DNA of 64,000 nt from NCBI RefSeq assembly GCF_947253225.1, contig NZ_CAMXYR010000001.1, positions 23,944 to 87,943 of the forward strand, given 5' to 3'. Made by a program: the position numbers and the translations under genes. Below, in pieces: positions 47,412 through 59,400 of the stretch; position 1 is the stretch's first letter; every line of letters starts with the position of its first letter. The notes below the pieces were generated by a model. The model did no database searches, was not told where the DNA came from, and saw nothing but the letters and a program-made list of their open reading frames with translations. Source of the DNA: an uncultured Anaerococcus sp. (lineage in GTDB: Bacteria; Bacillota; Clostridia; Tissierellales; Peptoniphilaceae).

Positions 47412-50400
47412 CTAAGCTTTCTTAGCATCTTCTTTTTGTTTTTTGGCAAGGTAGATAGATGCTAAGGACATAATCAAGGCTCCTAGGATGGCAAAACCGA
47501 TCCACACTCCTGGCCCTGCAGTTAGTGGCAATTTTGCCAGTTTGTTTGTTACCTCGTGAGGCTTGTCCTTAGAATTTTCATACTCATTCTTCTCTGCTAA
47601 AGTCTTATCCGATGAGTCTGGGCTATAAGATTTATTAATCCTATAGTCTTTTATCCTATACACTTTGCCCTCTTTGATTTCAAATTCTAGTACCCTTGGT
47701 TCATCACCAATTTCGTAACCAATTGGTGGTTTAATCTCCTTGACTAGGTACTTGCCATTTGCAAGTTTTTCAAATCTTATTAGACCGTCCTTATCAGAAG
47801 TCTCAATCCATGCTTGGCTGTTAGGTGAATCTGGACTAGATGTAATTTCCCCCTCTTTATTTATAGGTTGGTATTTATTATCAACCAATTTTTCTATTGT
47901 AAAGGATGCTCCGCTTAGAGGCTTTGTCTTATCTTTTTCAGCAACTTTCTTAAAGTAGATACCAGTCTTTTCATTTACAATGCGTATTGGCTTTTTCTTA
48001 ACTTGGCTATTGCCATCTTCTGGCTTTGTCGAATCCTCATTTTCTAGGTCAACATAATTTGGTTTACCAATTGTATCTAGCTTGTAGGTAATCTCATCTA
48101 GGGTCGTAAAATCAAAGTGGATTTGTGTTTGAAGGTCGGCTGAAGTTTGTCCTTCCTTTAGCTGTCCTTCTATCTCCACAACTAAAGTCTTTTTGGTTGT
48201 AACCTTGCTCTTACCCCTCTCAGGTCCTGTATAGTTTCCAGCTCCATAGAGGTCTTGTAGCTTATATTTAACCAATGTATATTCTTTAGATTCAATATAG
48301 GTTTTAACTTCTTTACCAGTTACTTCCCTATAAGATTTTTCTTTTAAATTATCAAGATTTTCGCCTTCATCCAGTACAGCTACTCTTACCTTCCTGTCGT
48401 TAATTACCTTCCAGTTATCTTCGAGAAATCTCAGTTGAGTATCTGGGCCATCAAAGCTAAATTCTCCATGGTCTGGATTTATAATTAATCTTTCCTTGAA
48501 GGTACGAGCTTTATTATTAATCTCATAAACTTCCGCCTTGATTAGACCCTTATCTCCTGTTACTTCGCCAGTCGTAATCTTGTTACCATCTTTGACTTGT
48601 ACCTTGCCATCAACTATCCTAAACTCTTTTACAAAGTCTAGCTTAGGAAGGTCGTAGCCTTCTGGAGCTTTAATTTCCTTTAGAGCATAGTAGCCTGGTT
48701 TGTCAAGGCTTAGGCTCATCGCACCATCATCGCTAGATTTGATAGTCAATGTGTCCTTAGTTTCTTTGCCGTCTTTGATTACCCTGTAAGCCTTATAGGT
48801 ATCTTTTATAGAATTCTTGTAGTAAACTTCAAAAACTGCTCCACTAAGACCCTTATCTTCCTTGTTAACCTTCTTGAATTTCACCTCTCGAGGGTCAACA
48901 ATCTCAATCGGTGCTTTTCCTAAAGGCTCAGCTATCTTTGTCTTGGAATCAACAAGTCTTTCTGAATTATCCATACCGTCTGCTAGAGACCTTAGCATGG
49001 TTCTTGTTTGAGATGATTGCTTGTTGCTTGGCTTATCTACCAGTCTTACAATCTTGCCGTCCTTTGAGACTTCAAAGATTTCTATAGGTCCCTCTAGCTT
49101 AGTAAAGCCTTCTGGAGCCTTGGTTTCTACTAGGCCATAGGTTCCTTGCTCTAGGGTATCGTAGCTTACAAGACCTTTCTCATCTGAAGTCTTTTCTGAG
49201 TTTTTAACATCCTTCCAAGTGCTTCCATCAAATTTAACAAGCTTAAACTCTGCTTTAGCTAATGGATAGCCTGTTGGATCTACCTTCTTGAAGCTAATCC
49301 TATTTTTAGGGTTAATAGCTGTAACCTCAACATCTGCTGTACCTGTATTAGTATTTACAAAACTATATACATGATTTTCCCTCTCAGCCCACATGTAGAT
49401 ATTGCCATTATAGAATCTTTGCATCCTTACTCGTGGATTGTAGGTTGACTTATCTTCACTAACTCTACCCGTTACTCTAGCTAGGTAGACAGTATTTTTG
49501 TTAGGATATCCATCAGGAAATACTATATAGGATGAGCCATCATTATTTGTTGCATTTTGGCCTGTAACATAGGTCAATCCTTGTGGATTGATTCCGTAGG
49601 ATGGAGGCAATATGTTATCCAAATTATCTAATTGGTTTTCCTTTACCCTATAGAGGTCGATTCTTAGATTGTCAACCTTAGTGTCTGGATAATAGGTTAA
49701 CCTCGCACCATTAGCTCCTTGTCTTAGCCTATTGATGTAGATATACTGCTCAAACTCTCCTGTCCTAGGGTCATAGCTTACTAGCCTTGAGGATAGGTTT
49801 AGGTTATTCTTGGCCTTATCTTCTACTTTTTCAGTGCCTAGGTCATAGCTTACATTCACATTTGTAGATGTTTTATTTTGATTTTCTAGGCTCATGGCCA
49901 CAGACAAGTTTTGGTTATTTGTAACCTTGTATGGATCAATATAGGCTGTGATATTGGTTGTCAAATCCCTCAAGGTGTAAGTTTTAGCGTAGTCTGTGAA
50001 AGTGTAGGTGATTTCACCGTTTTCACTATCGTAAGAGCCTTTGGCTATAGTACCCACTCCGTCAGCGAATATGTCTAAGTTCTTAATCATATCAGCTTTG
50101 TAGATACCATGGAGGTTTAGTCCATCTGTTAGCTTAACCTTGAAGAAATCTCCAGGTTTAATCTCTGCATTATCCTTTACCTTGAAGGTATTTTGGAAGC
50201 TTAGACTATCTCCCCTGTTAGGATATATGTTTAGTGATGGGTCTTCCTCATCAGCACCTGGTCTGTTGATTGATAGTTTTGATGATAGGCTCATCAAAGA
50301 AGAAACATCATTTCCCTTTACTCCTTCTGGAACAGTATAAGGATCTAGTCCCTTACCACCAACAACAAAGTCCCATGTTTGGCCAGTCTTGGTATGGCCT

Positions 50401-53400
50401 GGCGCTGGCTCAATTTCCTCAAGTTTGTATTGGCCAATTGGAAGTTGGTCAAAGACAAGCTTACCATTTTTATCAACTTCACCAACGTATTGAGCATCTA
50501 CCTTGTCCTTACCTGGTTGGTTTTGTGAAGGCTTGATTTCGCCTTCTTTTGGATCTTCGATTCTACTTAATCTAGTTAGCTTAAACTTTGCCCCCGACAA
50601 GAGCTTGTTCTCATCATCCTTTTTGGTTATGGTAATCTTACCCTTGCCTGGTTTTTCGTTTATAATCTTACCCATGTTCTTGGCTGTAGCCGATGTAACA
50701 TAGTCGATTAGCTTACCTTCATTTACAGTTGCTGATTTTTCTGGATTGTACTCGATAATACCATTACCTTTATCATACTCAAGGGTGATAACTCCCCTTC
50801 CCTTGGTTATTTCACCAGTTTGAACATTGGTATTAGGTTTCTCATAGTCTACTGTCATGTAGAGGATGGCATCCTTAATTGGTCTGTATCCTTTTGGTGC
50901 TTGAACCTCCATCAACCTATAACGGCCTGGTTTTAGTCCTCTAAAGCCGAAGAAGCCGTTGAAGGCTGATGATACATAGGAACCTGGTAGGTCTACATAA
51001 GAGTTTTGAACGAGTTGTTGGAGCTTAAAGATTGCTCCCTCGAGCCTATTTTCTGTAACCAACTTACCATTGCTTGCCCAAGCAGGATCCTTCTCTTTAT
51101 CCCCATCACGACCGTGTTTAGAGAAGGTAATGTTGTAGGATTCCTCATCATTGACTATTTCTAGCCCGTCTTTAGGTATCTCTAACTTATCTTCTTCCTT
51201 GTCGGTTGTATACAAGGATGAAATATTAGCTGATGTTGAAAGAGTCTTTGCAGGTGTAGCCTTTTCTATATCTGGCCTAATCCTACCACCATCTCGACCA
51301 ACCCAGTTTTGGTATTTCTTATTATATTGTTGACCTGACCATGCATCTCCATACTTTTTGGCAAGCTCGCTTGCACCAGCTTGATAGGAGGCCTTAGGGA
51401 AGCTTTCCCATCTAATCTTATCCGGTTTACTTTCATCGTAAATTGCTTGTTGGAACTCTCTTGCTCCTTGGTAGAACTTAACATCCATTTCAAGCTTGGC
51501 CAAGTCATCTTTAGTAAGGTCTGGATGTTTGTGAGGGGCAACCTTCTTACCATCCACATCTTTTTCATTTACCGCGATGCCAGTAATTAGGGACTCGTCG
51601 TAATAGCCTTCTATATCGATAAAGTATACCCCACCCTTGTCTAGATTGAGTTGGTCTTCATCAAAGCCCCAGTCATATGGTCTCCACCTAGCAGTGTTAA
51701 CCATAGATACTCCATCCTTAGATAGGTCATAATAGCCTAAGATATAGTCAACGTCAAGATTTTTAGCTGGGTCAGAAATCTTGTAGGTTGTCCTGTAGGC
51801 AGTCTTTAGACCTTCCTTGATGGTATCCGGTGCAACTTTTGGTCTATCTTTTTCATCCCTTTTGTGTTTAGGCATTATTTGAACATTAACCTTATCGCTA
51901 CCTGTGTAGCCTCTGAGGTCTACGATAATTTTTTGGACAAAAGTCTTAGAATCAGGATCTATGTGGGTTATCTTTGATGCCGTTCTTATGGCTAGGTTAG
52001 AATCTAAAGTATCATCGTGTAATTTGGATTCCTTAGACTCTAGGTATTGGGATGGAGTTTTGGTTGGACCAAAATAGGTCGCATGCATCCTGCCCTCATC
52101 ATCTCTAACCTCAATCTTCCACTTAGAAGATGCCTTCTTGTAACCTAGTGGTGGTCTAAGCTCCTCTAGGACATAGTAACCTGTTTGGAGTTTGACAAGT
52201 TGGTCTTTGTCATTCCTGAAGGTTATCTTACCTAGATTGTCAGAAACTGCCGTAACTGGAGTAAAGCTCTTATCTTCAGTTTTGTATGTTTCATCAGTCT
52301 TTATTAACTTAAACTCTCCACCTTCTAGTGGCCTATCAACTGTGTCCTTCTTGAAAAGACTTAGTTCAAGACCAGCCTTCTTGTTGGTAATCTTGGCATC
52401 TTTTCTAGTCTTTGTTGCTGGATCGTAAATTAGGTAGCCAAGTTCTTGACTGTCTGGTTGGACATCTGAGCCACCACCTGGACTATCTCCTCCACCCGGA
52501 TTTGGACCAGGACCTTGGCCTTTTACGAACTTAGCATTAACTGTTACATTTTCATTTGGCATGATGAAGTATGGCCCTTGGTCATCATATTGGACATCTA
52601 CACTTCCACCCCATTGTTTAGTAACGCTTAGGCTTTGGCTTTCGAGCGTGTTGCCTTGGTTTGGTGTTGCAATGATTCTAACCTTATCATTAGGATATGG
52701 TCTTCTAGGCTCAGTTTTTACACTACCACCAGTTATTTTCGGATTAATTCCAACAAGGTAGGTTCCTTGTGGTGGTTGGACGTATTGTACATTAGCGTAA
52801 ATAGTTACAGCTTGATTAGGCATAGTAAATGAGTATCTATCCCCATTTTTATTTAATGGTTCTACATTCTGCCCACTACCATCAGACTTCCTAACATAAA
52901 CACTTGTTATTTCATAATCATCATCTGGTGTTACTGTAAATTCTACAAGTTTTCCAGCCTCTGACTTACCAGATTCTGTCCTTGTATAAACTACAACCTT
53001 CTTACCATTATTATTATTATCGACACCAACGTAGTAGGACTCTTTTGGCACAACTTCTTTTTTGTTAAAGGTTGCAATTACATTAACAGGCTTAGCTTCC
53101 ATATTGAAGGTATATTGTCCATTACTATCTAATAAAGGAACTATATTTTTCCCATTTGCAGTAACTTGTCCGATTTCATAGTCAGGATCTGGTTTTACAG
53201 TAATTGTTACAGGCTTACCCTCTTCTTGGGAAGTTGGGTCTACTGTAAGAGTACCCTTACCCTCTGAAACACTTGTTTTAATGGTGAATTTTTTTGCTTG
53301 AGGTTTTTCTTTAAAGTAGGCTTTTAGTGCTACGTCCTGTGCTGGCATTGTGAAAGATTTAGTCAGCAAGTCTACATACCTTATGAAGGCTCCATTTTTG

Positions 53401-56400
53401 TTATTTAGAACTTCAATCTTATCAATAACATATCCATCATCTGGCTTTATATTGACTTTCACCTCTTCATCTACCCTTGCCTCAAGTTGAGCTGTAACAC
53501 TTCCATGGTCTACTGGTATTGTGTTAACCTTGAAGGTTTGTTGTTGAGTTTTTTTTGTACCTACAGTTGTTATTTCTGGAATAGGTTCAGTTCTTTGAGT
53601 GTCGATTAACTCTTCACTAACAAACTGAGCATTCACAAATTTTTGCTTATAGGTTTTTACTTCCTTACCATCTACACCTTTTTGAGTAACTTGACTTGTA
53701 CCTTCTGGATATTGGTCAGAGTAAACTGTTTGTTTAGTAAATGGTATTTTTGTTTCCTCTGTCCTATTTTGATAAGTTATGGTAGGCTCTTGAACCTTAT
53801 CATTAACTTTAGCTTCTTCTGAATAAGAGTCAGCTGCCCATTCTCTATAGTCTTTTTGTTGATACAAGCCTGGCTTAGTGTCATATTGGTGGTCAGCACC
53901 AAGTCCTATGGTTCTATCATTTGCATAAGGTGCTTCTATTTCAACTAAGACAGTTGTATTAGCAGGAAGTGTTGCCTTAACTCTCATAGGTTTGCCTGAC
54001 GGTATAAATTGTTCCGCTTTTACATTGATTTCCCTCATACCACTTATATTGTCTAAGGTTGATCCCTGATCTACTGCATAGAATTTTATAGTTGAAATTG
54101 TTACCCTTGGTCCGTTTTGTAATCTGAATTCATTGCCTTTCTCAGGTTGTCTATGAATTTCAATATAGTTACTAAAGCCTATATTTTTGGTCTTGAACAA
54201 GAACTGTTGTCTAAATCTACCTTTATCCTTACCCTTGTTAATTTCAGTAACTCTAGTTTCCATGAAGTTAGCACTGTGGGCAACTCCTGCTCTGCCAGTA
54301 GATTTATCTGGATAAACTTTCTCCCAAACATCTGCTGACCTTGCAGCTCTTGTGCTAACATTCATACTTCTTGGGGCTATTGCTCTTTTGGCTCCAAGGC
54401 TTCTGAAGCTTCTTAGGTCATTTGACCTTAGGTCTAGCTTAGCTAGTGGTTGAGATAGGTCTAGGTCTTGGTTTAGCAAGGACCTAAAGGAGAAGTTTCT
54501 TGCTAGAATGCCATTTTCTTTGGCTAGCAGGCTTGGGTTTTCTTCGCTTGCCATTCTTAGCATACTCTGAGCATCAGCGCTCCTGTCTTTGCCATCTATG
54601 ATTAGCTTACTTGTCTTGTCAACCTTAGAATCTGGTATAGGGTCTAGGGCGAACTTATCTCTATTTGCGTAGGATTCGGCTGCCCAGTATCCATTGGTAA
54701 GGTTGGTATAGTCCATACCAGTACCGATTATTCCTTCTTTCGGAATATCTGTTTCTATGGTTACTGCTATTGGCTTTTCTCCCTCAGCCTTGGTGCTGAT
54801 TTTTAGCCTGTCGTGGTTGTTCTTGTGAATCACTTCTGTCTTGTAAGGAACAGTCTGGCTAACGTCCACTAACTTATCAGGTTCTGAGCTAGAATTAACG
54901 TAGTGGATTGATATAACCTTAGTGTTTTTGCTTGTTATATCTCTTCCTTCTGGTTGAGAGTGAATTTCAAGGGTTGGATTTTCAAGTCTTTCTGACTTCC
55001 TATTTAGGAGGTAGACTTGTCTCATCCTATTTGTAGCAAAGTTAACTTCGACGATGTTTGTCTTTATTTTTTGGTCAGCTATTTGTTTGTACTCATCTCT
55101 CGATGCGACAGATTGGTTTGTTGCCTCGCCTTGGCCAACTTTTACCTTTTGCCACTTGCTTTCTGGATCCTTATTTGGAACTGTTGGCGTTGGTAGGTCG
55201 TCTTTGATGTAGACTTTTCCATCTTCTTTGATGGTTACAGTCCAAGTTGTGTTGGCAGCCTCATAACCTTGTGGGGCTCCTTCTTCCTCTAGGTGGTAGG
55301 TACCTGGTAGGAGGTCTTTGAATTTGACCTTGCCATCAGCATCTGATTTGCCCCATTTAGGGTCTGTGCTTGGCTTAGTGCCTGTAAGCTTAAAGGTTGC
55401 TCCAGATAAACCATCTAGTTCTTTTTCACGAATTTTCTTAAATTCAAACTCGTGTTTGTTTCTCTTGTTGGTTAGGTCGAGTGATCCTTCTGAAACATAG
55501 GCACCTATAATGTTACCTGCTTGGGTGTTGGAGCTTACCTCATCTCCTTCTACTATATCAGAAACTTCTTCGTAGTAGTCTGGCTTCCAGTAGACTTTTT
55601 CATTTGCCGTTCCGACATTTTCCCAATAGTCCATTCCTAGACCAACGCCACCACTTTCGTTCTCATATGGAACTTTTACATCTATTATGATAGGCTTATC
55701 AGTTTTTGGTATGTTAAATTCCATTCTTTTAGGAATTTCGCCAGGCTTACTTACTAGCTGAGGTTTGATATCTCTTAGCTCTTTGGCTACATAATGCTCA
55801 AGTCTTATATCTTCTACATTGCTAGTAACAGCCTTGTCGAGCTCAAAAATCTTGTAGGCTTCATCACCCTTATACCACTCTATGTTTGTTTCACTTAGGG
55901 GTTGTCTATGGATTTGAACCTTGGATGGCCCCATGGACCTAGCCTCTGGGTTGATAACGAATCTTTGGATTACATATTTTTTGTCTCTGTTAATGCCGAT
56001 GATTCTTGTACCCATCTTGTATGGTATGCTACTGTCATCAACATATCCCTTCCATCTGACGTCTTGAAGACCATTGAATTTTCCTAGAGGTCTTTTGAGT
56101 ACATTAACCCACTTAGTTCCTTTTTCTACGAGGAGGGATTTGTTTACGGTTTCGCTGGTTTGCTCGTTTGGTCCTTGTATATAATCGTGAACCTCAACTC
56201 CCTTATCACCTACTACGAGAACCCATTTTTTGTCAAGTTTCTTATAGCCTGTAGGAGCTTCTTGTTCTTCTAGGATGTAGACTCCATTTTCTAATTTCTT
56301 GAAGTTGTCATCTTTAAGATTTTCCTTGAATTTAACAACACCATTTCCGTCTGATTTTCCTATAGCATAGATATCTTCGCTATCTTTTTTCTTGATTATA

Positions 56401-59400
56401 AAGGTTGCTCCAGCTAGAGGCTTGCCATCCTCGCCTTTTTTGTAAACTACAAAGTCTTGACCCTTTGGTTTGTTGGCTACATCTAAGATAAGATCTTTTC
56501 CTACTATTGATGTTCCATCAGAGTTGAAACCAATTTCGGATATGGTTACATAGCCATCTTTTGACACGTTTACCTGCCAGATCTTATCGGATAAGTTGTA
56601 ATTATCTGGTGCCTTGGTTTCTTTTAGGGTGTAAGTTCCAGGCAAGAGGTTATCAAAAGTCAACTCACCCTTGGAGTCGGTAGTTCTTGCAACTGTGTGG
56701 CCATCTTTTCTCTCTAATGAGAAGACTGCTCCTTGGAGGGTTTTGTTTTTGTCTGCCTGGCTATATTTCCTAATCTTGAAGCTGGTTGGTATATATGGTT
56801 CGTTAACCATCATTATCTTTTGCTTGTAGAATTTAGGAATTTCTTTCTTAATTTGGGATGCAGCAGAGTCGTTGGCATTTACCTTTGACGCGAAGGCTGA
56901 CTGGAGGGCAACATTCTTGTCTTTTGAGTTTGCCATGTAGAAGGCTCTAAACATATTCCTAAACTTGTGTAAGTCTGTTACCTTGAAAGTTTGCTCAATC
57001 ACATAACCTTCATTGGCATCAGAAATTTTTGGCATATCAATTACAAGTGGATAGTAGCTATCAAGTCTTCCAGTCCTTGTTATTTGGTTTGGGTTATAGG
57101 TTAAGCCGATGTTTCCCTGCCTATTTGATATATAGGCTTTCGGATCGATCTTTTGGCTATATACCCTCTGGTAGGTGATTGGGTCGTTTTCAGGAATTAT
57201 ACCCATAGACAAAGGCATGTTTTTCCTGTTATTTATCTGAAACTTGTTTGGACCTGTAGGTTGGACATAGTAAATCTTGACATCTTCAAGGGCAAAGGCT
57301 GGTTCGTTACCATTACCTGACCAGTCATTGATTCTTGAAGGGGTCCAGTTGGTTGACATCCAGTTAAAGAAGAGACTTCTTGGCTTTTGACGTTCTCCTT
57401 TTGCTGTTGAGGTTGGGTTGTAGTAGGCAAGTGCTTTTACATACCAATTACCATCATCACCTTGGTAGACATCTCTAAAGTAGTAGGCTTGGGTAGGTGC
57501 ATTACCGTCTTTAGGTGAATCATAATCCTCATAGAAGGCATTAACTGTAATTTCATCAGTTTGGTTACCACTAGCTATCTGCTCGCCTGGTGCAACCACA
57601 TTTGTGAAGTGGTAAATTCCAGAGTTTTGAGCATAGAACTTAGATGGGATTACACCAACTATGCTAAGACTAAAGTCGACCCTACCCGAAGCTTCATCAT
57701 TAAAGACATAGGTCAAGAGGTTAGTTTCGTAGTTGAAATATTGCTTAGCTACAACTTTACCGTCAACTACTATATCTGGAATTTTGTTTACATATTGAGT
57801 AAAGTCGAGATTTTTGTCAAACTGAATCTCAAATCTCTTGTTAGGTGTAACATTTTCTAAGGTTATATCCGCCTTGTAGGTGTAGGATTCGTAGCGGTAG
57901 GCCTCCCACACACCCTTTTTCTCTCCTAGGCCACCCGACTTGTTTTCATCTAGGGTCATGGATTGTTTTGCTTTTATAACTGTAGCTAAAGCTTCTTCAT
58001 CCTTAACTATCTCATCTTCAATCCAGTAGTCCTTACCGTGGATAGCTTTACCTTGGTTGTTTTTAAACCTTGGTGCATAGAAAACTTGAGATTTTTCATC
58101 AACTGTTACATCAAAAACAAGTTGAGAATCGACATAGCCAGTAGGACTTGAGAGCTCTTCTATAACATAGTTGCCTGGTGGCATCTCGCCAAAGTCTGCC
58201 TTACCCTTGTCCTCTCCTTCTTTGTCATTAGATGTGACAGTCTTTAGAGGGTTTCCTTCAGCATCTTTTAGGACGAAGCTTGCTCCTCCTAGAGGTCTTT
58301 TTTGTGAATCAACTTTGATTACTTGAACAGGTTTGGTCTTGAATTTCTCATTTGTTACAATTACTTGAGTCTCTTTTATCACAGATGGATCTAGTGGGGC
58401 GATAGTTTTTTGTATTCTTGCGTTGTTGCCCGGATCGTTATTATCTACTAACCAGTCATAAGATACTTTCTTATCATCTCTTGTAGGTGTTCCGTTAACC
58501 TTTACTAGAAAGCCCCAGTTATCCCCAAATCTCTCATGAGGAATTTTGATTTGATAGCCAGTCTCTCCTGTGTAGGATTCATAAACATTGGCATATCCAG
58601 TGATTGACGCCCAGCTATTTTTTTTATTTAAAACTGATCCCTCTTTATTCTTCTCTACATCTTCTTCTGATTGGATTTCCATGGCCTTTCTAAGACCCTG
58701 TCTTTTTGATGGACTAACGTCAAAGACATCGACTGTAAGATCATTTTGAAATCCTCTTATATTAAGTCTGGTGTTTTGGTTGGTTCCACCACCATCATCA
58801 GGTTTGAGGTAGAGGTAGGCAGTTACCTTGCCATCATTTTCCTTTTTAGAGTAGGCCATTATGTTCATAAATAACGGATATCTAGGGTAGTTGAAGTATT
58901 GGGTTGCAGTTTCATCGCCCTTTTGACTTGAATTTGGACCAGATGATCTTACCCTACCCTCCTTATCTACTGTTATAGTTGTATCCTCAGCTAGCCTATA
59001 GCCTAGGGGTGCCTTTGTTTCAATAAGAGTGTAAGAGCCTGGTTCTATGTTTGAAAACTCAGCCTTACCTTCAACATTAGTGTAGACTTCAGGACCTCTT
59101 GTAAGTCTAAATCTTGCTCCTTCTATTGGTTCTTTAGTTTCCTTGTTAATCTTAACAAGGGTAAAGTTACCATATTTTTTTACGACTTTTTCTACACCTA
59201 TATTGTGAATATAGTATTGGTTGAGGTCTTTTTGGTAGTAGTTGTAGTTTTCTAAGTATTGGTAGGTCTTGCCGTTTTCTTCCTGCTTTTCTTTTGGGAG
59301 TCCTTGGTCAATCTTTGGAAGAATTCTTGTCGCCTTTCCTTTAGAATCAATATTCCATACCTTTACATTTGCTATGGTGATTTGTCTGCCACTAGATTCT

